A stretch of 64,000 bases of DNA from Guillardia theta CCMP2712 (taxonomy: Eukaryota; Protista; Cryptophyta), in assembly GCF_000315625.1 (NCBI RefSeq), contig NW_005434672.1:426006-490005 (forward strand), read 5' to 3'. Position numbers and translations under genes: made by a program. Below, one piece after another: positions 36,846 to 58,869 of the stretch (position 1 is its first letter; each line of letters starts with the position of its first letter). The notes under the pieces were generated by a model. It made no database searches, had not been told where the DNA came from, and worked only from the letters and a program-made list of their open reading frames with translations.

Positions 36846-37200
36846 TCTCTGTCCAGCAGGACTCGCGGCTTTCAGCGGAGGATTCTTCGAGCCTGCGGGT
36901 GTGTGCGAGGAGAAGAGGAGGAGGAATGAGCTGACGAGCATGCAGAGCAAGCAAGAAGCTTCGCTGGAATCGTCCAAGTCGGAGGAGGACGAGGAGGCAG
37001 GGGAGGACAACGAGGAGGAGGACAGGTGAGCGACCTTCCTGCCCTGCTTCTTGTGGATGACAAGGCTGCAGCCTTGCCAGGCTGCGAGAAGCGATCGCGG
37101 AGGAGACTCGCGATCTGGGCTGAAGCTGATGACTGACGTCTGGGAAGAAGAAGCAGTGGAGCTCAGCCGATCAGGCTCAGCGATACAATTGAATGTGAGA
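31124..37200 (+). CDS. RFC1: Replication factor C large subunit with N-terminal signal-peptide-like leader (multi-exon, spans N gap 31896-32386; 3' end approximate)
   Basis: BRCT PDCLKGMQFVISGVLDSLEREEAAHLIQ/THGGKVVSAVSGKVTHALVGEEAG. Walker A GPPGLGKTT. EINASDDRS, LIMDE/VDGM, PIICICND, NGDLR. C-terminal VDSMDAHGL/EDLEFIM. Confidence 0.85.
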
Positions 37201-38103
37201 TGTATACTAGTCAGAGGCGATCAGATGTTATTGTTGACCATGGATTGAACTGTTTGTTATCCCATCCGGTCACGAGTAAACCCCGCCGGCACACCGCCGG
37301 TGCGCGCCCAGGCGCCGAGGCTCGGTACTACCGTAGGCTCCGACACTCGGGCCGTGACCGTCTTGCGTACTGAGTAGTACAGTGATTAACTTGACTGGAC
37401 TCCCCCGGGAATCCGGCGCGGCGGCGGCTGCGACTGAGTCCGGGACTCGGACTCCCGGTCCGGGATCGGGACTCCTGGCACCGTACGGTACTACGGGCCG
37501 GGCATTGGATCGGACCGGGCCCGGGCCCCGCCGGGCCCCGCCGGGCCGGGCCCACTGTTCCGGCCGCCAGGCCAGCGCGGGGGAATCACAGAGGCCGAGC
37601 TCACCTCGGCGGATCCCCTTACATGTGAAATGCACAACCCCCAGAACGGAGGGCAGGACTGGGAAGAGGAAGAGGGGGAGAGGAGAAGAGAGGAGGAGGA
37701 AGATGATGCCAGTCAGGATGATTGTGCGTGAGATGATGAGCAAGACAGAGAAGGAGGGAAAGATTAGTAGGAAGGAGCAGGGTGGAGGATGGAAGGGGTC
37801 CAGAAAATGGAGGCCTGATGCAAGAAAGGCGAGGACGAAGATGGGAGAGAGGGAGAGAGGGAGGGAGCAGGGGACAGAAGATTGCAGGAACGTGTATAGA
37901 AGGATTTCAGAGCAAGTCAACACTGCAGGGAGGACCAGTGGGAGAGCGATAGTGGCCATGGCGGTCTTCGAATTCAGGCATACGATTCGATAGTATCTGA
38001 GAGCTAAAGGAGACGTGCGCGGGTATGGAAAGGGATAGGCATCTTTGACACGACACAATCTCATAAATCTGCACTCCTCTGATTATTGACTCTTCCTAGC
38101 AGG

Positions 38104-41284
<3,181 letters not shown>

Positions 41285-41495
41285 GGGGAGGGGAGAGAGG
41301 CTGGCGACGACGAAAATGTCTGAAGCTTTCATTACAACCAAAACAAATATTAGAACCAATAAACCGATTAAGAAGGAGAGCGAACAAGACAGAGAGGATT
41401 CAACAAACAACACCCGAGCTCAATACACGACAGCAAGTCCTTGTTACTCGACCCATGGGATGCAGACAAGGAGGAGCAGCGGCAAGGGGCAAGGT

Positions 41496-42919
41496 TCAGA
41501 CTTCATCTAGGAACTGTTTCAGCAAGACGTTCCAAGAGTCGTCCAGCCATGTCAGAGCATATGCTGCATTCGCACTCAGAATGGAGGCCCACCTACTGCT
41601 CTGCCAAGATCTCGATACCACCCGTCCTGCCTCCTCCTTCACGCTCTCCACAGCCTGCTGCAACTTGTTCCCGTCCACCACTCGGAACAGGCATGCGGCC
41701 AGGATCAGCGTGCCCCCAAGGTATGCGTTCGATCCCACCTGCTCTCCCAGCACAGCATGAGCAAACGCTGTCCCCCAGAGAGGCTCCGTCGCGAACAGCA
41801 CCGTCGTCTCCGCGCTGGTTAGCTTGCCCAGTGCCCACGTTTCTAGCCCAACGGTAATGGCCGTGGTTGCGATCCCCGTCCACAGGAGCGCGAGGAGCAG
41901 GTGCCCGTCATGGAAGGAATGGAGGATTTCCTGCATCACATGGCCTGCGCTTCCTGGATGCATCACCGTGTCTGACACCATCCACATCATCGACATCATC
42001 CCCACCGTCAAGATCTGCATCGCCGTCAACGGCGCCGCCTGGTCCGGCAGCTCTCGCATGACCCGCTCACACCGCCAGAAACCTGCTCCGAACGCAAGAG
42101 GCTGGATCAGGGCCCAGAGATCTCCCGTCCCAGGCATGTCCGCGCCTGCCAGCTCCAGAACTGCAGTGCCTGCTATGGCAAGTCCCACTGAAGTCCAGGC
42201 TTTCGCCCCCAACCTGGAGCCTTCCAGCACATCGAGGAGAGGGCAGACAACAACAGCCAGCGAGCACAAGAACGCCATGGTAGAAGCATGGCAGGTCTGC
42301 AGTCCAATACCCTGCGCAAAGTACCCCAAGAATGCAAACATCCCAATCTCCAGCCCCGGCTTGATCGTCTCAACCCTGAGGTTCTTCAATAAAGGAAGCA
42401 TGGCGAGGGATGCTATCCCGAAGCGAACAAACGCTGCTGCTGATGGATCAAGACTGGACTCGAGGATCTTCACGGAGCCGAAGTTTGTTCCGTACAGCGC
42501 GGCGACACCCAAAATCACCAGGCGAGCGGTCGATATTCCGTCCAGCCCTGCAACCCCTGGCATGTCCGGCGTGTCCTGCAGCTGCAGTCAGGGAGTGCTG
42601 AGAGGCAAACAACAGGAGCATTGCAACCTTTCCGCCTTGAGGACTCGTTGCCCGGAAGCTTGTTTCTGTTCTGGACTCTTGCATTCTCAGAGCGGCAAAC
42701 CTGTGACGAGTCAATCGGCAGAACAAGCGGCGCATCCAGGAGCTACCCATTCGCGCGTCCAAGTTTCGGAGTCTGACGCAGGCGAGCCATTGTCACATGC
42801 TTAGAGGAGAGGCTTCTTGTGCCGAATTGATGGGAGGCTCGGAAGGCCAGCGCACCTTGCAAGGCGCCAGCAAGAACAAGAGCAAATAAATAAGTTGAGA
42901 ATTTTTGAGTAGAAACCAT
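41496..42919 (-). CDS. EamA/DMT-family transporter, predicted plastid-targeted
   Basis: AALYGTNFGSVK, AFVRFGIA, QGIGL, AFLCSLAVVVCPLL, FATEPLWGTAFA; ~10 TM segments. Upstream exon MVSTQKFSTYLFALVLAGALQGALA-F. Confidence 0.88.
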
Positions 42920-44436
42920 GCTCAGATCAGTTGACTGTTGTCTTCCCCTCGATATCTTTGCAGCGACGTTGATGTCTGAAGATGCAAGATCACAATCACC
43001 GCTCACCGCCACGTGGCCGTTCACAACAATGCTTCCTTGAAAGCAGCGCACAGGAGCACAAGAATCGGCAGGGGAGCTTCAGTCAACGGGAGATCTTGCT
43101 GTTATCTTAAGCGCTCAGCTCTTACTCCGCAGACAACCCAATCTTCTTCCTCCATGATCCTTGTCCACGACACCCGGCGCACCTTGCATGCTTCTCCCAC
43201 CGTTGCATGCTCCTCCCCATGTTTCGTGATTGGCGGCTCCTTGGGTATTGTAAGAAAAATTGAGTGCGTTGGCCCTCAAGGTAGAGTATCTTATAAGTGA
43301 AGTACTAAGAGAATCTCTATATCCTCTACCCCTGGAGGTCCTGGGGGTCCTGGGGGACTGCAGGGACGGACAGGGTGAGTTGGGTAAACCCCCCGGGGAC
43401 GCAAGGAGGGTGGAGCCCGATTACGGACAACAATTTCCCATATTTGCTCGTATTTGATACTTTCAATTTAAGTATTCGAAATAATTTTTCTTAAATTTGT
43501 AATATAATGACAAACTTTCATACCCTTTTTGAACATGTCAAAGTGATGTTGTCTTGGAGGAAAAGATCCCGGGCCCACGGCACTCCAGCACAAGTTTACT
43601 CATCATCATCAATCAATCATGTTGGCTCCTTGATACCACCCCACCCCACCACCCCTGTCTTCCCACCCTGCCTTGACCACCACCCCTTCGTTTCTGCCTG
43701 ACCCCCATTCCCCCGGTACGTACGGGTGAGTAAAAACGGAACCGTTTGAGTTAATATAATAGGTGCCAGGCTCAGTGACAGTGGGGCCGCCGGGACGGTG
43801 CAAGTTGGCGGTGACGGTGACTGAAGGCTCTCGGGCCGGCAGACCTGCCAGTCACAGTGGCACGACGGTTCAACGGTCGGACTGTGACTTGACTGCCTTC
43901 AGACCGGGTGATGATTCAGTAACCGGCGGCGGCGGGCCGGCCGGGCCCCGGTACGGTCCGCGGCGCCGAGGGGCAACTTGCCCCAGGCCCGGGAGGGCCC
44001 GGCCGCCGGCGGCCTTCCGGCGCCGCAGTGCCAGTGCCGGGCGTCCGCGCCGGATCCGAGCGGATAGTGACTCAGTGGAGCCCCTGAGGTAACTTGCCGG
44101 GGTAAAACGGTAACCAACGTGTAGTAATCGAAGTCAGATTCCAAACGATGCAAAAACTCATCCCTTTGTCAACTTCACGATTTCCTGAGCTGGTTCGCTG
44201 CCTTGAAACTCGACATTTTTACTCTAATGGACTGGTAGTTATACCCTTCAGTGACCCCGGAATCCATTAGTCAATGTTCTGAGGCAGACTGGCCAGTTTA
44301 CTTCCTTTAAGTGTTTTTCCAGATCGCCGCCCCTTCCTTGGCCCCATCCGTCAATCAGCACACCCGTTGACCCTGAGAAGTCCTGCCGCGCCCTTCCAAC
44401 CCTTCCAGCTGCTATCAGAGATACTGCTTCCTCTTT

Positions 44437-44557
44437 CTTGCTCCCTTGCTCCCTTGCTCCCTTGCTCCCTTGCTCCCTTGCTCCTTTGCTCCCTTACTCC
44501 CTTGCTCCCTTGCTCCCTTGCTCCCTTGCTCCCTTGCTCCCTTGCTCCCTTGCTCCC
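44437..44557. repeat. (CTCCCTTG)n 8-bp tandem repeat
   Basis: Direct observation; probably in an intron or UTR upstream of the kinase exon. Confidence 0.95.
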
Positions 44558-44603
44558 TGGCCTCTCCGGGCCCGTGTTCTCTCACTGGCACAAACCATAG
44601 CAA

Positions 44604-45905
44604 ATGCAGCGAGAAACAGCCATACCCCGCACGAGCAGCTCGTCAGGATCCTCCGTGGCAGGAAGCGTGCACGGCCTCACAGTCTGCACTACCCAAGAGC
44701 ATGCGTCATCAAGGCCCGAATTGTTGATCTTCCGCTCACCCTCCTCCCTCAACGAGGACTGCCCTGTCTTCCTCGAGCTTGCCTCTCAGCACAACGTCCT
44801 TCACACGTCTGAGATCCAGAGGTGCGAAACCTTTGCCATCCGAAGGTCCTCGCTGAGAGTCGGGGACCTTCTCGGTCAAGGGGCCTTGGGAGAAGTAAGG
44901 AGGGGAGAGCACGAAGGGAGCCCTGTAGCCTTGAAGACTGTGTGCTCAGAGCTTGACCTTGGTTCCGAGGAGGGCAAGACACTGGTGAAGGAGATCGGGA
45001 TGATGAGCCATGCATTCAGGCACCCGAACATAGTGGAGTTTTACGGCATCTACGAGCACAACGGTCTGCCATGGCTGGTCATGGAGCTGATGGTTGGAGG
45101 GAGCCTCGAGCAGTACTACCAGGTCAAGAAGAAGTCCCGACGAGGATGGCAACCCAAGTTGGAGAGGGCCATGTCATGGGTAGGAGACATTCTGAGTGCG
45201 CTAGCATTCCTGCACTCTCAACAGCCGCCAGTGATCCATCGAGATATCAAGCCGGCAAACATGCTGCTCACCGCAAATGGCAAGACCCTCAAGGTCGGCG
45301 ACTTCGGGCTAAGTCGCAAGTGTTCAGATGCCGCGGCTACAGAGCATGGTCTCACGTCCAGGTCTGAGCAGGAACTCGGCACAAGCATGATCAGCCTCAA
45401 TGCACACCACGAGCTGACAGGGGTGAAAGGCACATTCCGGTACATGGCTCCTGAAATCTTCCGCGGTGAGCCCAGGTACACGGCAGCGGTGGACGTGTAC
45501 TCTTTCTCACTGGTGATGTGGTACATCTTCGCGGGAGAGCATCCCTTTAGTAACGTCGACGGCTTCTCAGTCGCTAGCATGGCAGCCAAGTTCAACTTCC
45601 GTCCTGCAGTCCTGAGCGAGCGAATCATGCCAAAGATTCTGCAGGAGATGATGATCATGTCATGGGCGGAGACGGCGGAGGAGAGGCCAAGGGCGGAAGA
45701 TCTTCTATTAGATCTGGAGGACTGGAAGCGAATCAGAACCGCGAAGATTGCAGGCTGCACATTGGGGTTTTTCACGCACGTCAAGCAGAACTTTGGTTTT
45801 CAGAATGGCCGCACTGCGCAAATCCCCACCACGGCGGCGGCCAACTTCAATACCGGGCCACTGCGACCGACACCGTCATCATCATCTATGGCAAGTCACT
45901 GCTGA
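44604..45905 (+). CDS. Ser/Thr protein kinase, TKL-like
   Basis: GQGALG, VALK, HPNIV, HRDIKPAN, DFGLS, GTFRYMAPE, DVYSF, W...ERP. Confidence 0.93.
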   Translation: MQRETAIPRTSSSSGSSVAGSVHGLTVCTTQEHASSRPELLIFRSPSSLNEDCPVFLELASQHNVLHTSEIQRCETFAIRRSSLRVGDLLGQGALGEVRRGEHEGSPVALKTVCSELDLGSEEGKTLVKEIGMMSHAFRHPNIVEFYGIYEHNGLPWLVMELMVGGSLEQYYQVKKKSRRGWQPKLERAMSWVGDILSALAFLHSQQPPVIHRDIKPANMLLTANGKTLKVGDFGLSRKCSDAAATEHGLTSRSEQELGTSMISLNAHHELTGVKGTFRYMAPEIFRGEPRYTAAVDVYSFSLVMWYIFAGEHPFSNVDGFSVASMAAKFNFRPAVLSERIMPKILQEMMIMSWAETAEERPRAEDLLLDLEDWKRIRTAKIAGCTLGFFTHVKQNFGFQNGRTAQIPTTAAANFNTGPLRPTPSSSSMASHC

Positions 45906-47976
45906 GTTGCGGTCTCAGTACCGTACCTAGTAGTCACTGCCATGATCGGACGGTCACGTCACGATTAGGCCGGGCTGCCCTGAGGGCCGCTGGCAGAGTC
46001 GTTAAGTTTGGGGGACCGTGACAGCAATCGGCAGGATGAGGCCGGGTTGCCAGGGTTCTCCGATGTCATTTCCCTTCAAGCTCGCCGTATCCGTGGCATC
46101 ATCGCGGCCGCCACGGTGACTGATTTTGAAGTGAAGGCCGCTAGTCACTAGCGTTGACATTTTGCCTTTTCTGCTTTGGGCTGTATGTTTTCCCGTGAGG
46201 GGGTTGTTCTGCTTTCTAGGTGGATTGGGGGGTGGCGTGTTTGAGGATTTGAAATAGGGTCCAAATTTCAGGTTTATAACTCTGATTTTGTTTTCCAATA
46301 AGATAAGTTAGACTGTATTGTGGAATGGTTGAGTATAAACACTGGCAGAGAAGTAGGGCCGGGCTGCACCCCAGAAGTTACACTCGGAGATCATGGGGTA
46401 GTCTACTAACTAATTTGTATTGAAGCCTTCTTACTAATCATAGTACAGTTTTATACTTGAAACAAGTTTGAACGACCTCCCTACACGCCATGAGCCTCAG
46501 GCTCCCCTTGCCAGTTCGGGGCACGTCGCACCCGCGGCGGGGCTCTGTACTGCTAGTAACCATGGCTCGCAAACAGCGAGCCCGCGGCAGCGTGTGCCGC
46601 ACTGACATCAGATGTTCACCGAACATCCTCATGGGAAATTGTGTAGAGACTCGGATGATGATCCTTGAGGAGTCGTGAATCTCACCGGCGAAAAATCGTT
46701 TGGTGAGCGAAGAGCATCAACAATACAAGCCTGTGAAAACCACCATCACTCAGGGATACGGATTGGCAAGTTGCAATAAGCTATCTGCGATGCATGACAG
46801 GGAAACTGAGTTGGAGTAGATGCATGGAGCCTGATTACCGGCGTGCCACCGGCGTGACGGTGACGGCCCGGCCCGCCGGGTGCCACCGTCACACACTGAG
46901 TCAGTGAGTAACCCGTTCGGACAAACTTGGCAACGGTTGAACCGGGCGCCCGGGCCCCCGCCGGGCGACCGACGGTTGGCGGCGCCGGGGAGTCCGATCT
47001 GGCAAAGCCTGAAGTGTCACTCTGACCGTACACGCCGCCGGCCGGTAGTACCCGGCGGCGGTCGGCGGGTCCGACTCAGTACGGTTCAACGTGCCGCAGT
47101 GTAGGTAGGCCCTTGAAAGTTCAACCGCGGTGACCGGGCGGGCTCGGAGGAGCCTGCCGCTTGCCAGGCCCACTGTCCGATCGGATCCGCCGCTTAGCCT
47201 GTGACACACTTGGTGAGATGGCCGCGGGCGCCGCGCAGCGGTGGCAGGGATGCCGGACTCCCGGCGCCCGGCCGCGGCAGGCGGCCGCGCCCGGCGCGGC
47301 GCCCGGCGCCCGGGCCGCCCGGGTCGGGCCGCGCGGCGGGGGCCCGTCGCCGGACCGCCGACTCTGGCTCTGAACGGCGTCACACCGGTCCGGCGCCGGG
47401 GCCGCCACCCACGGTGCCACCGACGTTAAGTGAAAAATCAGTACGAGGCGTTGGAGTCAAATGACAGTGATCTATTTGTGGTTGCCCGAGGAATCACCGG
47501 CGTCACTGTCAAGAATCGTTCCACGGTACGGTACGGCATGCCGCAGTGACAGTGAGCGACCGGTAGACCTCCTATGCCGGGAGGGGGACCATGAAGGAAG
47601 AACTCTGGTTGAGGGAAGGTTGAATAATGTTCCCGGCGGAGGTTTGAGGATGTGATCTACTAGGCTATCTTGGGTCACCGGGTGGCAGTGGTGTAGAAGC
47701 CTCGGAGGATTTTGAAAGTTTTGTGATTTGAGGTTTGTACCGAGTGCAGGAATCCAGAAATCGAGATGCAAACTCGGTGGACACCCAAAGAGAAGTTGCC
47801 GCTGTCTTCATACACTCGATTCCTTGAATTGCATCCCCCCCGCTAGATTCATCACGCATGCAACTAAGACACACAAATCCAAGACTCTTTCTTTCACCTC
47901 CCCCACCTTCACTTTCCCTACCTTCATCTCCATGTGTTGCAGCGCCTTGCCGAGACTCACATTCGTTTCATCCCAG

Positions 47977-48435
47977 ATGTTCGAGACCATCCATCACTTC
48001 CAGGCCCTCAGCTCCTGCGTTGGATCCAACTCCTGCGGAGTCTACTTCAACATTGGCACCGAGGACTCCGGCCTCAACTTCGGAGCTGCTCACTTGAACG
48101 TCTCTGTCGCCGACGCTAATGGTGACTACACCAACTCTCCTGGCGCCCAAGGATGGAACGCCAGCGGTGAGGCCCCTGGAGCCAAGGCCTGGTTGTCCGA
48201 CTCCAACAGCACCGTCTCCTACTCCATGACTGGAAGCAACCAGGGCATGTTCACCAACGGCTCTGCCATCAACGCCAGGTGGTGGGACACCACCAACATG
48301 GACAACATCCGTGGCGCTGACATCACCAACCATTCTATCGCCGGAACCACCGAGAGCATCAACAACAACACCGCGGCCAACAACGTCCGCGGCGGCCACT
48401 CCATCCACCAGAACACCACCGAGACTTACTTCTAA
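47977..48435 (+). CDS. Small Asn/Gly/Thr-rich protein; candidate cryptophyte ejectisome (Tri/ejectisin-like) component
   Basis: Strong C-ending codon bias suggests high expression. N-terminus MFETIHHFQALSSCVGSNSCGVYF. The CDS is well supported; the family assignment is recall only. Confidence 0.55.
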   Translation: MFETIHHFQALSSCVGSNSCGVYFNIGTEDSGLNFGAAHLNVSVADANGDYTNSPGAQGWNASGEAPGAKAWLSDSNSTVSYSMTGSNQGMFTNGSAINARWWDTTNMDNIRGADITNHSIAGTTESINNNTAANNVRGGHSIHQNTTETYF

Positions 48436-48519
48436 GCTGTGATGATGCTGTGTTGTCAGAACGCGTTTTGATCTTTTGGTTTCTTTGAAAACCGCTCCAG
48501 TGTTTGACTAGACGGTGAC

Positions 48520-50660
48520 TTGTGGTCAACAGTCTATCAGAGAAGGAATCGGATATTCAAACTAATAAAGGGATGGAACATCTCACATTGTTTGTCACTT
48601 CACTTCGGCGACGATCTCTACACGGCAGTGTTCACGAGTTACCCAGTCAGTAATGACGCTCCTTGCAGCGCAGAGGTTGGCTGCACTGTTTCGGAGTTTC
48701 TTACTGCTACGGGTGGGGTTGTCATTGAGTGTTCGTAAGGGTGGGTATTAAAAGCAGAAACAGGGGGTAGTGGTGTTGAAGTTCTCATTGAGGCGGGTGG
48801 GGTCTGTTGATTGAAGCTGGGGCGCTCCGACCTGGGGAGGCAATGTACTGACCAAGGCGACTGAAGGCTTGGAGGATCTTGTTGGCTCTGGTACATGCTT
48901 CGCCCCTGAGAGCTTCTTGCTAGCTCCTCTGGACCTGGAGTGCTCGAGAGGTGTGAGCGATGGAATGTTGTTGCGTTGGAGGTTTGGTGAAGTACGTTTT
49001 GTGTTGGCAGACAACATGTTACAGAGTGGATGGTGCTGTTGCAATCCAGACAAGAATACTGGGATGAAAGAGACAAAAGGTGATTGTCATTTCTCTTCGC
49101 ACATCTGAGGATCAACAGATGATGAACTATTCCCGAATTCGTCTTCTTTCGGAAAGAGCCAATCCGATCCCAATCGGTATATCTGCGCAGAGAGCCGAAT
49201 CAGGAATGAGGTTTACCTTCTTCGCTTCGCCAGGTTCCAAACAATGAATCGTGTTGGTGGCGTCGGATTGATCTTCGAGACGGATTCCGTCAAGTAAGAA
49301 AGATTATGGCTGGGATGTTTCTCCCTTCTGAAACACTTTCAGCCAAGGTTTGAGGATCGCGGACATGAAGATGAATGGACCTGCGATGAAGTCTGGGATC
49401 GATATGAGAGGAATGACTCTGGTATCTCTTGTTTTCCTTGAATAATCAGTTTTCCCCTCCTAAACTCATTGACAGGTTGCCATCAATGGTCAACCAGTCG
49501 TTAACAGCTCCATTGAGCAGGTGCCGCACTGTCTTGTCCGTTCTTTTCCCTCCTTGCTGCTCAAACGAGTTTTGATACAGATTGCATCGAAGCTTTTGGG
49601 GCCACCTGGAAGCAAAGTTCAATTGTTGTTGAGGCCTCCGATGTCTAGCAGGTATGCACGGCCGATAGAGGTGTTGCTGGAGAGAGAGGCCTTCGCTATC
49701 GTGGATTGAAAGTTTCAGAATTTTATTTGTGGTACATTCGCGTTAGCAGCAGACGAAAACGTTAAGATATATGAACACATTTTACAAGTTATCTTGGGAT
49801 GCAGCTTGCTTGAAAATTGTTTCAATCGTTTTTCTCGCATGCATTGGAATTTCGTTGCCTTTGTCTCTCTGGCTTCTCTCTCCGAGAGATCCTCTGACAA
49901 GGACGAGTTCAATGAGACCATGAAATCTGTGCTGTGGAGAGAAATCTCATATTTTCATCACTCTTTTTACAAGTGCATTACAGTTCGTATCAAAATGCAA
50001 GAATTTTTATTTGATTATTATCGTCAACATGTCAAGGGAAGATCTAGAAGCACTAAAGTGTCTTGTTAATGTGTGGGTAGCATGCGAATTGCAAGATTTC
50101 GGCTCACGGATATGCAACAATTTCGTCTCATGGAGTTACAAAGCTTTGAAACAACCACTTGGCAGATCATTGTTCAACACTCTGTCTCTCTGCGATGCGC
50201 TTTAACGTTCTTGCTACCTGCGACATTGCGCCGACTTGCAAATCAGCTCCAATTGATGCTGCTTGTAGGATCAAGAGTCCTGCTGCACCAGCTCCAGCAT
50301 ACAGAGTCATTTTCAGAGCCCATCCAACAAAAGACATTATTTTGCCAGCTAGGAATTCAAATGACCCTTGTAATGCTGATGGTAATTACCACTGCTCCCA
50401 ACGATGTCCCTACCTGCTTTGCACGCCTCAAGGAAAAATTGTCACAATGGATTCCCCTCAAGAGACAAAGCCCGTAGCCACGACAACAAACTCTGAAGCG
50501 ACTTGTTTGAGTTACGTCAACAGCCAACTGCCCTGCACGGCGTGTAGAACAGGCAAGGATGACGGAGGGAGGTTGCAGAGTCACACAACCTTCCTCTCTC
50601 GTCTCCTTGTGAGCTGCTGCGCAAGGACGGAGCTTACAAGTCAGGACGCTGCCCTTCGCT
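48520..50660 (+). CDS. PDZ-domain protein (multi-exon, ends uncertain)
   Basis: Spliced 49250-49640: VGGVGLIFETDSV/NQGLRIADMKMNGPAMKSGIDMRGMTL/VAINGQPVVNSSIEQ/IASKLLGPPGSKVQLLLR. Cys-rich C-terminal exons. Confidence 0.65.
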
Positions 50661-51769
50661 GCAAGCACGGGAAGCGAGAAGTGATGGAGAGCGATATGAA
50701 TGGAAGGAGTTGCTCCTCAATGGGGGTAGAGGGTGGGGCACCCCACGGGGTGGTCACAATGAAAAGACGGAGGAGGGTGGGGTAGGGATCATGAATTGAG
50801 GGGCAAGAGGTGGGAGAGTCGATGGGACATGGTGGGTGGATGACAATTGGGGGTGGGTATAATCTATTTCAGATTTTATTTCACACATTGAGGGAAAGAT
50901 ATGGGCTCATACAGTATTTGATAGTTGTTTTAGACTCATTTTGTTCCTCTATAGAGTATTGAATGACCTGAGCTCTTTGAGGACCAAATATGGGGGTAGG
51001 GGTACTTCATTGCGTTGGTCAGAAGGGTAGTGATGGTTTTTCCCAGGGGTCATCATGCTCTACGTAAAGAAAAATGGGGGCTGCCCAGAATGTAGGGTGG
51101 GTGAAGATAGGGCTACAGGGGTACAATGAGAAAAGGGTGTTGCCCACGGGGTGGTAAAGTAAAACCATCGAAGGGTGGGGTGGCAAGGTGGTGATGGTTT
51201 GCACCAATGGTAATTCGCAAGGCAGGGGTACCAGGAGTCTCAAAATAACCTTTGCTGCATATATAGAAAACTTGATCTTGATGGGTTAGGAGGTAGCAAC
51301 CCTCTGGCTGACGCCAAAGGCTCAAAGGAATAGGGATCAATTCGGGGCTGATCTTGTGGGGTGAAGGAGCCGCTCAGTTCTGCGACATAAGTAGGGTAGG
51401 GTGCTGGACTTGAAGGGGTACAACTGGGTAATTAGAAGCCTTTGGAGGTGGTAGGGGTCATGGAGTGACATCTGGATGGTGGGGTGGGATCATCACATAG
51501 GTGTCTGTGGTCCGCAACGTGTGTGGGTTGATTCAAAATACTTTTAAATCGAGATTCTATGAAAGATCCAAAACGTGGTACAAATTCATTATTCAAAAAA
51601 TACATTTTCGAAAACTAAAAGTTTTCTAAACGTCTGTGGTCGCATCGGAGCGGACGCACCCCCTCGAGCCCTCATCATAACAAAAACGATTGAGTGAAAT
51701 ATTTACTGAACTTATTTTTCCCGCCACCGCTTCAATTTGATTTTTTGAAAAAGCAAACTCCGACAGTGC

Positions 51770-52440
51770 GGCACTGTGACGGTCGGACTTGAATCCGATC
51801 ATGCCAGGTCAAGTTTCGGCGCCCCAGTGGCACCGGGCCGGGCGTCGCCGGGTAGGCCCTGGTTACGGTGGGGCTCAGTTCAGACAGTGAGACCCGGGCG
51901 CATCATGGCATGCCAGTACGCCGGTCCGAGTGACAGTGACAGTGATTCGGACAGTGGGCCGACGGTCACCGAGTCACGGTGAGTCAGTCCCGGGCGGCAT
52001 GGGGCAGTGGGCCATCCGGAACTTCCGAGAACGCCCGCGGCGGCCCGCGGCGGCGTGGCGCCGCACGGGGCCGGCCCGGGCACGGCTCAGTGGGGCCGGG
52101 CGGGCACCGCTGGCAGGCTGCCAGTCACCCGGAGTCACACTCCCGCCGGGCCGGGGGGGGGGGGGCGGGCTCAGTGGCCCAATAACGTGACCGTCAGTGA
52201 CGCCCGCCGCCGCCGGCATGTGACTGCCCCGGCGGACTCGCAGTCACCAGGGGTGACTCCCCCGGCCGCGCGCCCGACTCGGCGACCGTGAGTCGGCGGC
52301 GCCGGGCCGGGCCGCGCGCCGAGGGCACGCCGCACTACGGCAGCCTCAGTCACCAGTGCGCGCCGCCGGGCACGGGAGTCAGTGGCCCGGGCGTGACTCA
52401 GTGCAGAGCCTCTCAATCCGATGATCGGTCGGGTCAGAGT
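51770..52440. promoter_or_regulatory. GC/CpG-rich island upstream of EF-G2
   Basis: Dense CAGTGAC/GTCAC/GACTCAG motifs with CCGG runs, ending just before the ATG. Confidence 0.4.
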
Positions 52441-52475
52441 GGGGACGAGGGATGGTCGCGACTGGATCCTTAGGC

Positions 52476-57984
<5,509 letters not shown>

Positions 57985-58869
57985 GAGGAGGGGCAGGACA
58001 TTTCTCAGCTTCTCTTGCAATTAAACGTGACCGTCTAGTGAATCAGTGCCTCTCCGCCCTCCTCCCTCTTCCCTCCGACCGTCCCTTCGGGGGTCTGTTG
58101 ACTCATGAAGTGAAGAGCCTGCACACCCGCGCCGGCGTGGTTGTCCCGGAGCCTGCCAGAGACCGTCCGAGCGGCGGCTCACTGGCCCGCCCCGCCGGGG
58201 TTTAAGGGGCCCGGGGCATCAATCGCCGCTGAGTCTGGCAACGGCCCCGCGGTGATCGGGCCTGTCCAGTTTCCCGGGTGCGGCTCGTGGCGGGCCCGAA
58301 CAGAGGCTTCTGAAGTTCGGGCCAGCCGCAGTCACTGAGTCCGAGCCCCGGGCCCGGCTTGTGACCGGACAGGGGCCGACTGACAGTAGTGGTTCAATGA
58401 ACTGGCGTGGCCGGTCCGGCAAACCTTCTTTAAAGTGCAGATCCTGTTGAGTGACTCCCGCGGTCAATCCGGTCAGGACAGTGAGACAACATGCCGCCGC
58501 TACAGAGCAAGTATGGGGAGGGAGGAGGAGGCGCGGGGAGGAAGAGAGGAGGGGATGGATCCGAAGAGAGCAAGAAGAGGGCCCGAAAGGTGAGGAGGCG
58601 AGCCTGGGTTGAGGGAATGTTGCGATCTAGAAACTTGATCGAGAGGAATCTTGATTGGAGGTGAGAAGGGGAAGATGAAGGTTCAAGGACAGAGGTGGAA
58701 GGGTAGGGAAGGATTGAGCAAGGAGCAGACAAATCTCTCAGTGATGACACTGAGAGTGTCATGAATGGAGCCGGGAGATTTTGAGAATCTGAGCCTTCTT
58801 GGTGAATCAGAGTGTTTAGCCCCGGGGAACAGGAGGGTCGCAACGACAAGGAGAGGAGGAAACCTGCCG

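Noticed and set aside
41824-42804. 326-aa plus-strand ORF
   Set aside because: Antisense to the well-supported DMT transporter.
46746-47464. Arg/Pro/Gly-rich ORFs in GC islands (also 30696-31214, 37328-37555, 43763-44153, 51776-52473)
   Set aside because: Expected by-product of very high GC; open in several frames, no domains.
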